Assembly (NCBI GenBank): GCA_964385105.1
Contig: CAYLMU010000002.1
Location: 1-51,671, forward strand
DNA length: 51,671 nucleotides
Source: an uncultured Candidatus Saccharibacteria bacterium
GTDB lineage: Bacteria > Patescibacteriota > WWE3 > UBA101185 > UBA10185
Reading direction: 5' to 3'
The notes beneath the pieces are model-generated. The model was not told where the DNA came from. It made no database searches and saw only the letters and a program-made list of their open reading frames with translations. How positions within the stretch are numbered: the stretch's first letter is position 1; each line of letters begins with the position of its first letter. The translations under genes and the position numbers were made by a program. Of this stretch, positions 38,637 through 48,988 are shown piece after piece.

Positions 38637-39185
38637 CTATTCAGTATATGGCATATTATATAATTTTTCTAACTCCTCATCTGTTAATAAATCACCCACA
38701 ACTTTTGTTGTGAAGAGTATCCCATTCAAATGATCTATTTCGTGTTGAATAACTCGAGCAAAAAATCCGGATGCTTTAAACTTTATTTTTTTCCCGTTCA
38801 TGTCATTAGCAATTACACTTACTCGTTTATATCTTTGAACTTTTCCTGATAATTTTGGGACACTTAAACACGCTTCCCATTTTATGTCAAAATCTGACGA
38901 ATTTCCCGTAATTTCCGGATTCACTAATATATGATTTCTAACAATTGTTTCATTATTATTTTTAGTTTCTTTAAATTCTCTAACAAGACATACTCTTTTA
39001 TTAACTCCAATTTGTGGTGCTGCCAAACCCGCCGCTTCAGGATCTTTTTCAACCAATGCTGTATCAATTAAGTCTTGCCCGATTTTTTTCAAATCTTTGT
39101 CAAATACCGTAACCTTCTCACATTTTGTAATGAGTATGTCTGGAATTTTATTATTTTTAATAGCTGTAATTGGTACAACTGCCAT
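38637..39185 (-). CDS. def: Peptide deformylase
   Basis: GLAAPQIG, EACLS, QHEIDHLNG. Confidence 0.96.
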   Translation of the reverse strand: MAVVPITAIKNNKIPDILITKCEKVTVFDKDLKKIGQDLIDTALVEKDPEAAGLAAPQIGVNKRVCLVREFKETKNNNETIVRNHILVNPEITGNSSDFDIKWEACLSVPKLSGKVQRYKRVSVIANDMNGKKIKFKASGFFARVIQHEIDHLNGILFTTKVVGDLLTDEELEKLYNMPYTE

Positions 39186-39279
39186 ACGCGTATTGTAACA
39201 TTTTACACATATCGAGGTTAGTCAACGACCTATAGTATTTGATTACTAGACTTTATTTTGATATAATATTGTTATATTA

Positions 39280-39462
39280 ATGTGCCATGAGGAGGATATG
39301 ATGAGCAGAGACTTTACTTATGTCGCCATTGCGCTTTTTGCTTTGGCGATTTTGATTATTGCCATCGTGTTTTTGCCGGAAGCGGCAATGTCAGATGGCA
39401 TTGGAAAGCAGTTGTTCGTAAGGGTGATCGAATGTTGGCTTAATACGCCAACATGCTCATAA
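39280..39462 (+). CDS. Small hypothetical membrane protein
   Basis: GAGGAGG SD before an internal ATG (about 39298-39301); one TM segment. Confidence 0.5.
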   Translation: MCHEEDMMSRDFTYVAIALFALAILIIAIVFLPEAAMSDGIGKQLFVRVIECWLNTPTCS

Positions 39463-39623
39463 AGGCGCCAGGCGGAAAGTTAAACGAGATTACATAAAAA
39501 TCTCCGGAGACTTTCACCTGACGCCTTTTTTAAAATTTCACTAGTATTAAAAATAAATACAAATTCTACAAAAAATTACCGCCTCGTTTGCAAAAATAGA
39601 TTCATATTGTATTCTTCTAGAGT

Positions 39624-41783
39624 ATGCCTAAATTAGTTATAGTAGAGTCCCCGACAAAAGCTAAGACTCTTGCAAAGTTTTTAGATAAGTCTTATACAAT
39701 CGAAGCCTCCATGGGTCATATTAGAGATTTGCCAAAAAAAGGGCTTGGAGTAAATGTTGAAAATAACTTTGAACCGGAATACGAGATTCCGCAGAAATCA
39801 AAAAAGACAGTTACACAATTAAAAAAGTATTTAAAAGATGCTGATGAAATTATACTCGCAACTGACCCAGATCGTGAGGGTGAGGCTATTGCTTGGCATT
39901 TAAAACACATATTAAGTAGTACAAAAGAGGGTAAAAAGAAAAATTATGAACGAGTTGTATTTCATGAATTGACTAAAGAAGCTGTACTGGATGCATTTAA
40001 TCATGCAGGGAAGTTAAATGTAAATTTAGTTGATTCACAACAGGCAAGAAGAGTTTTAGACAGGCTGGTAGGATACAAACTATCACCATTGTTGTGGAAA
40101 AAAGTGCGTTACGGATTATCTGCCGGTAGAGTTCAGAGTGTTGCTGTAAGGCTAGTTGTTGAACGAGAACGTGAAAGATTAGCATTTATACCTGAAGAAT
40201 ATTGGAATATTGATGTGGATTTGGTATCAGCAAAAGATAAGAAAAAGGAATTTACGGCAGCACTTGAAAAAAAAGATGGTAAAAAACTTGAAGTAAAAGA
40301 TGAAAAAACTGCAAACATTGTGCAAAGTGATTTAGAAAAGGCAAAATACACTGTATTAGCAATTGAGAAGTCGGAGCGCAAAAAGAATCCTTACGCCCCT
40401 TTTAAGACTTCTACATTGCAACAAGCTATGGCAAATGTATATGGAATTTCAGCTAGTAGAACAATGCGTGCAGCCCAGCAGCTTTTTGAAGAAGGTTTAA
40501 TAACTTATCATAGAACTGATTCTCTCACTTTGTCAGCAGATTTCATAAAAATATGCAGGTCTTATATAAAAGAGATTTTTGGAAATGAGTTTTTGCCGTC
40601 TGAAGCATTAAGTTACAAAACTAAATCAAAAGGTGCTCAGGAAGCTCATGAAGCGATAAGACCAACTGATTTAAAAATTCAGCCGGGAAGTGATGCTACC
40701 AAAAAGCTACAGGCGGATGCAAAAAAAGTGTACAAACTTGTTTGGATGAGATCTATTGAGTGTCAAATGATGCCTGCAATTTATGATCAAACTAAAATAT
40801 TGGTAGAAACAGATAATGGTTATGGATTAAAAGCAAATGGATCCATAATTAAATTTGAAGGGTGGCTAATACTTGGTAAAGAAATTGGAGATGAGGATGA
40901 TGAGAAGCTCGCAGTATTACCTGATTTAGAAATTGGAGAATCTTTACATATGAAGAAGATTCATCCTAGCCAGCACTTCACACAACCCCCTGCCAGATAC
41001 TCTGATGCTACATTAATTAAACAATTAGAAGAAATGGAAATAGGCAGACCGTCTACTTATGCTCCCACACTTTCAACAATAAAACAGCGAGGTTATGTAG
41101 ATAAAGAAGGGAGATATTATAAGCCGACCGACTTTGCATTTGTAGTAACCGACCTTTTAGTGGAACATTTTCCAAATGTTGTAGATTACGAATTTACTGC
41201 GGGGATGGAAGAAGAGTTTGACAAAATTGCAGCGGGTGAAAAAGAATGGGTTCCAGTTATTAAAGAATTTTATGAGCCTTTTGAAAAAACTGTAACAGAA
41301 AAAGATAAAACTTTAGAAAAGCGCGAAGTTACAACCTTAGAAACAACTGAAGAAAAATGCCCGGAATGTGGTTCGGTATTGTTGGTAAAACTTGGTAAAT
41401 ATGGAAAGTTCTTGAGCTGTTCCAATTATCCGGATTGTGAGTATGCAAGACCGTTAGCTGAAGAACTTGGCGAAGGAGATGCTGAGAGTGCTGAATCCCA
41501 GTATTTTGGTGACTGTGACGTGTGTGAAGATGGGAAAATGATGCTAAAGCAAGGTAGATTTGGAAAGTTCTTAGCTTGCAGTAATTATCCCAAGTGTAAA
41601 AATACAAAATCATATCTTGAAAAAATTGGTATGAAATGTCCGAAATGTTCGGATGGGGAAGTTATAGTTAAAAAAGCCAAAGGTCGTACTTTTTATGGTT
41701 GTAGCAACTATCCGGACTGTGACTATGCCGCCTGGAAAAACCCGTTAATTGACTCATCAGAAGAATCACGGGAAGACGAATAA
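39624..41783 (+). CDS. topA: DNA topoisomerase I
   Basis: LVIVESPTKAKT, LATDPDREGEAIAWH, SAGRVQS, ITYHRTDS, GRPSTYA, three C-terminal Zn ribbons. Confidence 0.98.
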   Translation: MPKLVIVESPTKAKTLAKFLDKSYTIEASMGHIRDLPKKGLGVNVENNFEPEYEIPQKSKKTVTQLKKYLKDADEIILATDPDREGEAIAWHLKHILSSTKEGKKKNYERVVFHELTKEAVLDAFNHAGKLNVNLVDSQQARRVLDRLVGYKLSPLLWKKVRYGLSAGRVQSVAVRLVVERERERLAFIPEEYWNIDVDLVSAKDKKKEFTAALEKKDGKKLEVKDEKTANIVQSDLEKAKYTVLAIEKSERKKNPYAPFKTSTLQQAMANVYGISASRTMRAAQQLFEEGLITYHRTDSLTLSADFIKICRSYIKEIFGNEFLPSEALSYKTKSKGAQEAHEAIRPTDLKIQPGSDATKKLQADAKKVYKLVWMRSIECQMMPAIYDQTKILVETDNGYGLKANGSIIKFEGWLILGKEIGDEDDEKLAVLPDLEIGESLHMKKIHPSQHFTQPPARYSDATLIKQLEEMEIGRPSTYAPTLSTIKQRGYVDKEGRYYKPTDFAFVVTDLLVEHFPNVVDYEFTAGMEEEFDKIAAGEKEWVPVIKEFYEPFEKTVTEKDKTLEKREVTTLETTEEKCPECGSVLLVKLGKYGKFLSCSNYPDCEYARPLAEELGEGDAESAESQYFGDCDVCEDGKMMLKQGRFGKFLACSNYPKCKNTKSYLEKIGMKCPKCSDGEVIVKKAKGRTFYGCSNYPDCDYAAWKNPLIDSSEESREDE

Positions 41784-41839
41784 TAAATAATATTTTTCTG
41801 TTATCATAAATCATAAATAAAACAAAAAGGAGATTGATG

Positions 41840-42634
41840 ATGAAACAGTATTTGGATTTGATGAGTCATGTTCTTGAAAATGGTCATAAAAAAGAAGACC
41901 GAACAGGAACCGGTACTCTAAGTGTATTTGGCTACCAGATGCGTTTTGACTTGCAAGAGGGCTTTCCTCTTCTTACTACAAAAAAGATGCATCTGCGTTC
42001 AATTATTCATGAGTTGTTGTGGTTTTTAAGAGGTGATACAAACACTGCTTACTTAAAGGAAAACGGAGTGAGTATTTGGGACGAATGGGCTGATGAAAAC
42101 GGTGAACTGGGGCCTGTGTACGGTTATCAGTGGAGGAGTTGGCCAACGCGCGATGGAAGAAGTATTGATCAAATTGCTCAAGTTGTTGAGCAGATTAAAC
42201 GGAATCCTGATTCGCGACGGCACATTGTTAGTGCATGGAATGTGGCGGATATCGAAAAGATGGCTTTACCGCCATGTCATTTGTTGTTTCAGTTTTATGT
42301 GGCCGGGGAGAGATTGTCGTGTCACATGTTTCAGCGCAGTGGAGATTTTTTCTTAGGCGTTCCCTTTAACATAGCGTCCTATGCTTTACTCACAATGATG
42401 ATGGCTCAAGTAACAGGCTATAAACCCGGTGAGTTTGTTCATACGCTGGGCGATGCCCACTTGTACCTAAATCATCTTGAGCAGGCACGGTTACAGCTAA
42501 CACGTGAGCCTTTGAGGTTGCCTACAATGAAAATCAACCCATCTGTCACTGATATTCTACGCTTTAAATACCAGGATTTTTTGCTTGAGGGGTATGAATC
42601 ACACCCTCATATCAAAGCGCCGATTGCAGTATAA
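41840..42634 (+). CDS. thyA: Thymidylate synthase
   Basis: [43 protein letters not shown]; start may be 41837. Confidence 0.98.
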   Translation: MKQYLDLMSHVLENGHKKEDRTGTGTLSVFGYQMRFDLQEGFPLLTTKKMHLRSIIHELLWFLRGDTNTAYLKENGVSIWDEWADENGELGPVYGYQWRSWPTRDGRSIDQIAQVVEQIKRNPDSRRHIVSAWNVADIEKMALPPCHLLFQFYVAGERLSCHMFQRSGDFFLGVPFNIASYALLTMMMAQVTGYKPGEFVHTLGDAHLYLNHLEQARLQLTREPLRLPTMKINPSVTDILRFKYQDFLLEGYESHPHIKAPIAV

Positions 42635-42714
42635 AATTCTTTGAATTGTGTGCTAGAATGTAGCTTTGTACGGAATGAGTCGTAAATAAGCAGTTAAGCG
42701 ACTTTGCCTGCCCA

Positions 42715-42746
42715 AAAGCCCTGAATTTTTTAGAATTTGGGGCTTT
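42715..42746. terminator. Probable bidirectional terminator between thyA and dcd
   Basis: AAAGCCCTGAATT/AATTTGGGGCTTT stem. Confidence 0.6.
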
Positions 42747-42758
42747 AACTTTTACCAT

Positions 42759-43295
42759 TTAAAATTTATTCTTAAACATCATTGACTCAACGGGAACTCT
42801 AGAGACATTAGTATATTTTGCCGATTTTTTCTTATCGTAGCGTACGCCCACTTTACCACTAACTTCAAAATAAATGAGTTGGCCAATGGGCATGCCTTCG
42901 TAAATTCTGACTGGTTGAATAGAATAAAGTTCCAATGTCCATGTGTTGCAATATCCTACGTCGCCTTTACCCGCGGTTGCATGAATATTTATACCCAGTC
43001 TTCCGGTACTTGATTTGCCTTCCAAAAAAGGAACATGTTTGTGTGATTCGGTGTATTCTTGTGTAACCCCTAAATAAAGAGTACCCGGCATCAAAACATA
43101 TCCTTCCTCAGGAATTTCTATAAAATCAATCTTATTGTGTAATTTAGCGTCAAGTTCATGGTTTTGATATACACCTAAAGTTTTTCCTAAATGCACGTCA
43201 TATGAATTAGTTCCAAGGTTTTTTCGGTCAAATGGTTCAATTAATATAGAACCCGCTTCAATTTCTTCTAAAATTTTTTCGTCTGACAGTATCAT
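42759..43295 (-). CDS. dcd: dCTP deaminase
   Basis: MILSD, NSYDVHLG, EGKSSTGRLG, IGQLIYF. Confidence 0.93.
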   Translation of the reverse strand: MILSDEKILEEIEAGSILIEPFDRKNLGTNSYDVHLGKTLGVYQNHELDAKLHNKIDFIEIPEEGYVLMPGTLYLGVTQEYTESHKHVPFLEGKSSTGRLGINIHATAGKGDVGYCNTWTLELYSIQPVRIYEGMPIGQLIYFEVSGKVGVRYDKKKSAKYTNVSRVPVESMMFKNKF

Positions 43296-43410
43296 CTTAA
43301 AAGTATAGCAAATAGCAAAAATTACTGTATTTAATCTAAATTTTCTGTTATTCTGGTGGTACAGTACTACTTAATGTTGAGGGGAGACATTACACAAGGA
43401 GTAGACACTA

Positions 43411-43626
43411 ATGTTGGGTAAGGGTTTTTTTGTTGTTATAGCAGCAGGTGTGGCGTCATTGGCTTTCGGGCATGCTATAAGGGATCGACACGTGCCCAAA
43501 CATCATGGGGATAAGTTAAAAAGATGCGGATGTTCGTGTGGGTGTTGTACATGCGCACGACAAAGGGGTGATGGTCCAGAAGGACATTGTTGCATATCTA
43601 AGCACGGGTGTATTTACCGGGCATAA
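43411..43626 (+). CDS. Small Cys/His-rich protein with hydrophobic N-terminus
   Basis: GGAG SD; CGCSCGCCTC, HCC, HGC. Confidence 0.6.
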   Translation: MLGKGFFVVIAAGVASLAFGHAIRDRHVPKHHGDKLKRCGCSCGCCTCARQRGDGPEGHCCISKHGCIYRA

Positions 43627-43628
43627 TC

Positions 43629-43769
43629 ATGTCAAAAAAGAAAGGTACTAAGAAGACACCAAGAAATGCAAAAAATGATACTCGATGTATTGGCAGTGAA
43701 ACCATTCGAGTGCCTTTAGATTTAATAGAGATTGCAAAAAGGAAGATGAGGAGGGTACCAAAGACTTAA
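43629..43769 (+). CDS. Small basic hypothetical protein (46 aa, not in ORF track)
   Basis: MSKKKGTKKTPRNAKNDTRCIGSETIRVPLDLIEIAKRKMRRVPKT starts 2 nt after the previous stop; terminator-like hairpin at about 43803-43845. Confidence 0.4.
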   Translation: MSKKKGTKKTPRNAKNDTRCIGSETIRVPLDLIEIAKRKMRRVPKT

Positions 43770-43884
43770 TAAAGGCTTGAATATAGTTTTTTAAAATTTG
43801 ATAGGGAAGTCACCATTAACTGGCTTGGCTTCCCGTTTTTTTTGCAATTTTTATTGCATTTTATATTTTTAGATGGTATTCTGC

Positions 43885-44064
43885 GGATGTAGTTTAAACT
43901 GCAAAGTTCTTGAAGCTTCCTGGTTCGATTAACGGACTTTCAAGTGAGGGTTAAGCGCGACTTAAACCCAAAAGTAAAAGGGAGGTATCACATAGAGAAT
44001 TATGATGAATCCTCCAAAAGGGCAAACCCCACAGGGGGATTATTTTTTTGTAAAGAAAGGAAAA
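43885..44064 (+). promoter_or_regulatory. Structured rpsB leader (possible S2 autoregulatory element)
   Basis: About 180-nt non-coding leader with stems (e.g. CTTGAAG/CTTTCAAG, GGGTTAAG/CTTAAACCC); rpsB-tsf leaders are known regulatory RNAs. Confidence 0.4.
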
Positions 44065-44976
44065 ATGGCAAAATATAATTTACCAAAACCCAAAGATTTA
44101 CTTGATGCCGGAGTTCATTTTGGACACCAAGTACGAAGATGGCATCCTAGCATGGAGCCTTATATTTATTCAGTTAAGAAAAACCTGCACATTATAGATC
44201 TTGAACATACCGAAAAAGGTTTGAAAGAAGCTTGTGAGTTTTTGTATAACACAGCAGCTAACGGAGGACAAATAATTTTTGTTGGTACAAAAAAGCAGGC
44301 AAGAGAAATTGTAGAAATTGAAGCAAAAAGAAGCGGTGCTTTGTTTGTTACAGAAAGATGGCTGGGTGGAACGATTACCAACTTTGATGTTATAAAAAAG
44401 AAAATGAAAAGACTTGTTGACTTAACAAGAAAAAGAGAACAAGGCGAACTTAATCACTACACAAAAAAAGAACGACTTTTAATAGACAGAGAGATTGAAA
44501 AACTTCAAAATTCTGTTGGCGGGTTAGTTGGCATGAGAAGTATTCCGGCGGCGTTGGTGGTTATTGATGCAAAAAGAGAAAAAACAGCCATTAAAGAAGC
44601 ACATAATGCAAATAGTAAAATAATAGGGTTGGTTGATACAAATACAAATCCTGAAAAAATTGATATTGTTATTCCGGGGAATGATGATGCAATTAAATCT
44701 ATTGCAATTATTGTAAAAGCATTAGCAGACGCTGTAGAAGCCGGTTACAAAGAGTATGCGAAAAAAGGTGCTAGTGCAGGTACAGAGCAAACACCGGAAG
44801 AAAATGTTGAAGAAGAAGGGATGAAAGTTTCATCCACAAAATCACCGGTTTCGAGTGAAACAGCAGGTAAAAAGCTTGTTGAAAGAGTTAACAAGGGTGA
44901 GGATATTGTTGATACGTCTGAAATAGAACCGGAAGACTCGGAAATGGCCAGATTAACAGAAGAAAACCAGGAGTAA
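44065..44976 (+). CDS. rpsB: 30S ribosomal protein S2 with acidic C-terminal extension
   Basis: LLDAGVHFGHQ, FVGTKKQA, RWLGGTITN, IPGNDDAIKSI. Confidence 0.98.
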   Translation: MAKYNLPKPKDLLDAGVHFGHQVRRWHPSMEPYIYSVKKNLHIIDLEHTEKGLKEACEFLYNTAANGGQIIFVGTKKQAREIVEIEAKRSGALFVTERWLGGTITNFDVIKKKMKRLVDLTRKREQGELNHYTKKERLLIDREIEKLQNSVGGLVGMRSIPAALVVIDAKREKTAIKEAHNANSKIIGLVDTNTNPEKIDIVIPGNDDAIKSIAIIVKALADAVEAGYKEYAKKGASAGTEQTPEENVEEEGMKVSSTKSPVSSETAGKKLVERVNKGEDIVDTSEIEPEDSEMARLTEENQE

Positions 44977-44994
44977 TAATTTATAAAGGAGAAT

Positions 44995-45444
44995 ATGGAT
45001 ATAGAAAAAATCAAAAAACTTAAAGAAGAAACAGGAGCAGGCGTACTTGATGCCAAAGAAGCCCTAGAAACACACAACGGTGATTATGAAAAAGCAAAAA
45101 AAGATTTAATGGATAAAGGTTTGGCAAAAGCAGAAAAGAAATCAGACAGAGAAACAAAAGACGGTTTGGTAGTGTCATATATTCATGCAGGAGGAAAAGT
45201 TGGTAGTATGGTTAAAGTTGCATGTGAAACTGATTTTGTGGCAAAAACAGAAGATTTTAAGAATTTATGCCAGGAAGTAGCAATGCAGGTGGCTACAGCT
45301 GAATATGAAAATGTAGAAGAATTAATGAGCGATGCATATATAAGGGATTCAAGCAAAACCATTCAGGATTTAGTGAAGGAAACCGTGGCAAAAGTTGGGG
45401 AAAATATTGAAATAAAAGAATTTTGCAGGTTGTCGGTTAGATAA
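44995..45444 (+). CDS. tsf: Elongation factor Ts, short form (149 aa)
   Basis: IKKLKEETGAGVLDAKEAL, VACETDFVAK, VGENIEIKEFCR. Confidence 0.95.
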   Translation: MDIEKIKKLKEETGAGVLDAKEALETHNGDYEKAKKDLMDKGLAKAEKKSDRETKDGLVVSYIHAGGKVGSMVKVACETDFVAKTEDFKNLCQEVAMQVATAEYENVEELMSDAYIRDSSKTIQDLVKETVAKVGENIEIKEFCRLSVR

Positions 45445-45486
45445 ATTAGTGAGTGTGTAATTTTTTGTCTTTGGTATAATTTTAAT

Positions 45487-46035
45487 ATGACTAACGCCGA
45501 ACTTAAAACAAAGCTTAACAATTCTGTGGAACATTTGAAATCAGAGCTTGCTCAAATTAGAACCGGAAGAGTAACCCCCTCATTATTGGATAGTGTTAAA
45601 GTTAATGCATATGGTACTCAAATGAGTGTAAAAGAAGTAGGAACTATTAGTACCGTAGATGCCCAGACTCTACAAATAACTCCTTGGGACAAAAATATGT
45701 TGGATTCGGTTGCAAAAGCAATTAGAGAAAGCGAGCTTAAGCTAAATCCGGTTGTACAGGCTACACATGTTATCGTTCCTATACCAAGCTTAACTGAAGA
45801 AAGGCGTAAAGAATTTACTCGACTCGTGTCTACAAAAACCGAAGAAACAAAACAGGCAATTCGTAATATTCGACAGGATGCCATGAAAGACATTGATGTG
45901 TCATTTGAAAAAAAAGAATTTGGAGAAGATGAAAAATTTACGCTAAAAGAAAAGGTTGAAGAAATTGTGAAAGAATGTGTTGAAGAGGTTGAAGAAATTA
46001 GTGAACAAAAAAAGAAAGATATAATGCAAATTTAA
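45487..46035 (+). CDS. frr: Ribosome recycling factor
   Basis: IRTGRVTPSLLD, IPSLTEERRKE, AIRNIRQD. Confidence 0.97.
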   Translation: MTNAELKTKLNNSVEHLKSELAQIRTGRVTPSLLDSVKVNAYGTQMSVKEVGTISTVDAQTLQITPWDKNMLDSVAKAIRESELKLNPVVQATHVIVPIPSLTEERRKEFTRLVSTKTEETKQAIRNIRQDAMKDIDVSFEKKEFGEDEKFTLKEKVEEIVKECVEEVEEISEQKKKDIMQI

Positions 46036-46038
46036 AAT

Positions 46039-47175
46039 ATGTTAAATCTCTTAGTTTTTATTTTAATACTTTCAATATTAGTTGTTATTCATGAGTTTGG
46101 TCATTTTTATGCAGCCAAGAGATTTGGAGTTAGAGTAGAGGAATTTGGTTTTGGATTGCCTCCAAGAGTAATAGGAAAGAAAATAGGCGAAACTCTATAC
46201 TCACTTAATTTATTACCGTTTGGGGGTTTTGTTAAATTATCGGGTGAGGATGATGCTGTTTCTGAAGAGGAAGTTCATAAGGCTGAAAAAGACCCACGAA
46301 ACTTTTTGTCAAAATCACCTTTACAGCGTGGAATTATTATAGTTGCAGGTGTATTTATGAACGTTTTATTGGCTATGTTGCTGTATTATGTCTTTTTTCT
46401 CACTACAGGGTTTAAGTCTTTTAGTATTCCTATGTTTTTTGATTACAATTTTAGATTTGGAAATACTCAAACTTATACAACTGCAGTTTTGGGGGTTGGT
46501 GAAGGTACTCCTGCCGAACGAGCCGGAATTATGCAAGGTGAGGCTATTTTAGAAATTGACGGTGTACCTGTATACAACTTACAAGATGTAAGAACCAATG
46601 TAGCAGAAAAAACCGGACAAGAGGTTAGGGTTTTACTTATGGATATAAAGGGGTTTGAACGTGAGATTCGTACTGTTTCATTAATTCCCGAAGCCGATGA
46701 AACAGGAGTGGGGGTTTTAGGTGTTTATATAAATGATGTTGTGGTTTTGGATTATGGAAGAAATAAAATATTTTCAGGACCTGCTCATGCATATAATATG
46801 ACAGCTTATTCTTTGTACACCTTTTCACATTTACTTAGCCAATCATTTCAACAAAGAACAATTGCCCCGGTTTCAAGCAGTGTTTCAGGGCCGGTGGGCA
46901 TATTTTCTATAGTCGGAAGTATTATTGAGTCGGGTGAGAATCCGTTATTATCACTTATTGATTTGGTTGCTTTATTGTCTGTGAGTTTGGCTATTATTAA
47001 TATTTTACCTTTTCCGGCTCTTGATGGTGGAAGATTACTGTTTATTATTATTGAAAAAGTTCGGGGCAAAAGACTTGAGCCTCATATTGAAATAGCAGTT
47101 CATAAAATAGGTATTATTTTACTCCTTGGGCTTATTGTGCTCATCACAATCAGAGATATAAGCAGAATAATTTAA
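46039..47175 (+). CDS. rseP: RIP metalloprotease RseP (M50 with PDZ)
   Basis: HEFGH, PFGGFVK, AGVFMN, PDZ, NILPFPALDGG. Confidence 0.93.
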   Translation: MLNLLVFILILSILVVIHEFGHFYAAKRFGVRVEEFGFGLPPRVIGKKIGETLYSLNLLPFGGFVKLSGEDDAVSEEEVHKAEKDPRNFLSKSPLQRGIIIVAGVFMNVLLAMLLYYVFFLTTGFKSFSIPMFFDYNFRFGNTQTYTTAVLGVGEGTPAERAGIMQGEAILEIDGVPVYNLQDVRTNVAEKTGQEVRVLLMDIKGFEREIRTVSLIPEADETGVGVLGVYINDVVVLDYGRNKIFSGPAHAYNMTAYSLYTFSHLLSQSFQQRTIAPVSSSVSGPVGIFSIVGSIIESGENPLLSLIDLVALLSVSLAIINILPFPALDGGRLLFIIIEKVRGKRLEPHIEIAVHKIGIILLLGLIVLITIRDISRII

Positions 47176-47217
47176 TCAGTTGCTACTTCTTACATTGGGT
47201 TATATACTATACTTACT

Positions 47218-47577
47218 GTGGCAAACTCTAATTTAGATCCTAATTGTTTATTTTGTGCAATTGTAAAAGGAGAAGAGCCGGCCGAGAGGGTGCATGAAAC
47301 AGAAGAGCATCTTGTTATTAAAAATAAATATCCCAGTGCACCGTTACATTTGCTGGTTATAGATAAAAAACACAGGGAAAAGAGTAATACACTTTCGGGC
47401 AAGTATTTTAACGAACACTATTGGGATACAATATTTAGAGCAATTTATGAAACAGTGGAAATGTTTGAACTAAATAAAACCGGTTATAGACTTGTTAATA
47501 ATGGAGCAGGCTATAATCACTTTGAACACGAACATTTTCATATTATGGGTAAATACGACAAAGTGCCTCAGGAATAG
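47218..47577 (+). CDS. HIT-family protein
   Basis: CLFCAIV, APLHLLVI, HFEHEHFHIM. Confidence 0.88.
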   Translation: MANSNLDPNCLFCAIVKGEEPAERVHETEEHLVIKNKYPSAPLHLLVIDKKHREKSNTLSGKYFNEHYWDTIFRAIYETVEMFELNKTGYRLVNNGAGYNHFEHEHFHIMGKYDKVPQE

Positions 47578-47627
47578 TAAATAAAGTAATAAATTAATAC
47601 ATTGATCGGGAGGTGTTTTTTAACACT

Positions 47628-47822
47628 ATGGCACGAGTAAAAGTAAGAAACGGGGAAAGTTTGGAGCAAGCCTTGCGTAGATTTAACCGAGCCGTATTAA
47701 AAGCAGGAATTCTAAAAGAATTAAGAAAAAGAGAAAGATATAGAAAACCCAGCGAAATTAGGGCTGAACGCAAAAAAGAAAAAGCTCGCAAACTTTATAT
47801 AGAAAAAAAGAGGAGTAATTAA
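47628..47822 (+). CDS. rpsU: 30S ribosomal protein S21
   Basis: [24 protein letters not shown]. Confidence 0.93.
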   Translation: MARVKVRNGESLEQALRRFNRAVLKAGILKELRKRERYRKPSEIRAERKKEKARKLYIEKKRSN

Positions 47823-48115
47823 TGATACTGGAAAATCTTCAACAAGATTTATATAAGGCACAAAAAGAGAAAGATACTCTTAGGTTGTCTGTGTTAAGGT
47901 ACTTGTTTTCTCAGATTAAAAATAAAGAGATAGAATTAAGAACACAAGGTGAACAAGTTACGGATGAGGCTGTATTACAGGTTTTAAAAAAACAAATTAA
48001 ACAAAGAAATCAAGCTATTGAGAATGCACAACAAGCAAATAGACAAGACATAATAGACAAAGAAACTCGGGAACTTAAAATCTTGGAAGATTACTATAGT
48101 AAAAATACTGCTTAA
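47822..48115 (+). CDS. GatB/YqeY domain protein (short)
   Basis: LRLSVLRYLFSQIKNKEIE..IKQRNQAIE..E-x-x-IL; follows rpsU. Confidence 0.85.
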   Translation: MILENLQQDLYKAQKEKDTLRLSVLRYLFSQIKNKEIELRTQGEQVTDEAVLQVLKKQIKQRNQAIENAQQANRQDIIDKETRELKILEDYYSKNTA

Positions 48116-48118
48116 CGT

Positions 48119-48430
48119 ATGACCGACATACAAAACTTACAAAAAAAACCGCTCATTGTTTCGGTAAAGATTTCTAATGATCAAGAAGTGCAGAGGTTAA
48201 ATAAAGAATATAGAGGGCGTGATTATGCCACAGATGTCTTGTCGTTTAATGTAGGTGAATACTCCGATGACGGAGAAGAATACTATTTGGGGGACATTGT
48301 CGTAAATATAGATCAGGCGAAACGACAGGCACAAGATTATGGTAATACTTTAGAGCAAGAAATTGCCCAGCTTGTTGAGCATGGTATGTTGCATTTACTT
48401 GGAGTGCATCACGACGGTGATGATCATTGA
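48119..48430 (+). CDS. ybeY: rRNA maturation endoribonuclease YbeY (N-terminally short)
   Basis: LNKEYRGRDYATDVLSF, LGDIVV, HGMLHLLGVHH. Confidence 0.92.
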   Translation: MTDIQNLQKKPLIVSVKISNDQEVQRLNKEYRGRDYATDVLSFNVGEYSDDGEEYYLGDIVVNIDQAKRQAQDYGNTLEQEIAQLVEHGMLHLLGVHHDGDDH

Positions 48431-48930
48431 TGATGAAGCTAATTGTAGGTTTGGGAAATCCCGGAGAAAAATATAAGAACACACGACATAATGTTGGTTT
48501 TATGGCAGTTGAAAAAATTGCCGAAAATAATAATGGCATGTGGGAATTTGAAAAAAAGTTTAATAGTGAAATATGCCGATTTGGCGATACATTACTTGCA
48601 AAACCGCATACTTTTATGAACAATTCCGGCGAAGCAGTAAGTAAAATTGTAAATTATTTTGATGTTGACCTTAATGATTTGATTATTGTGCATGATGAGG
48701 TTGATTTGGAGGAAGGTGAGACCCGTTTTAAAAAAGGTAGCGGAGATGCCGGACATCATGGAGTAATTGATATTATAAATAAGTTGGGTACACAAGACTT
48801 TTGGAGGTTTAGAATTGGCGTAGGTAGGCCGAAAAGTAATAAATTTGAAGTTAACGACTACGTGTTATCAGTATTTAAGCCTGATTTAACAACAATCACA
48901 AAAAATTTAGAACAAGCTATAGGTTTGTAG
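48427..48930 (+). CDS. pth: Peptidyl-tRNA hydrolase
   Basis: LIVGLGNPGEKY..TRHNVGF, KPHTFMNNSG, VHDEVD, GHHG, RFRIGVGRP. Confidence 0.96.
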   Translation: MMMKLIVGLGNPGEKYKNTRHNVGFMAVEKIAENNNGMWEFEKKFNSEICRFGDTLLAKPHTFMNNSGEAVSKIVNYFDVDLNDLIIVHDEVDLEEGETRFKKGSGDAGHHGVIDIINKLGTQDFWRFRIGVGRPKSNKFEVNDYVLSVFKPDLTTITKNLEQAIGL

Positions 48931-48988
48931 TTTGATTTTTTCAAATAAACATTTTAAAGTATAATAACTTTAAATCTTTACACACCCA

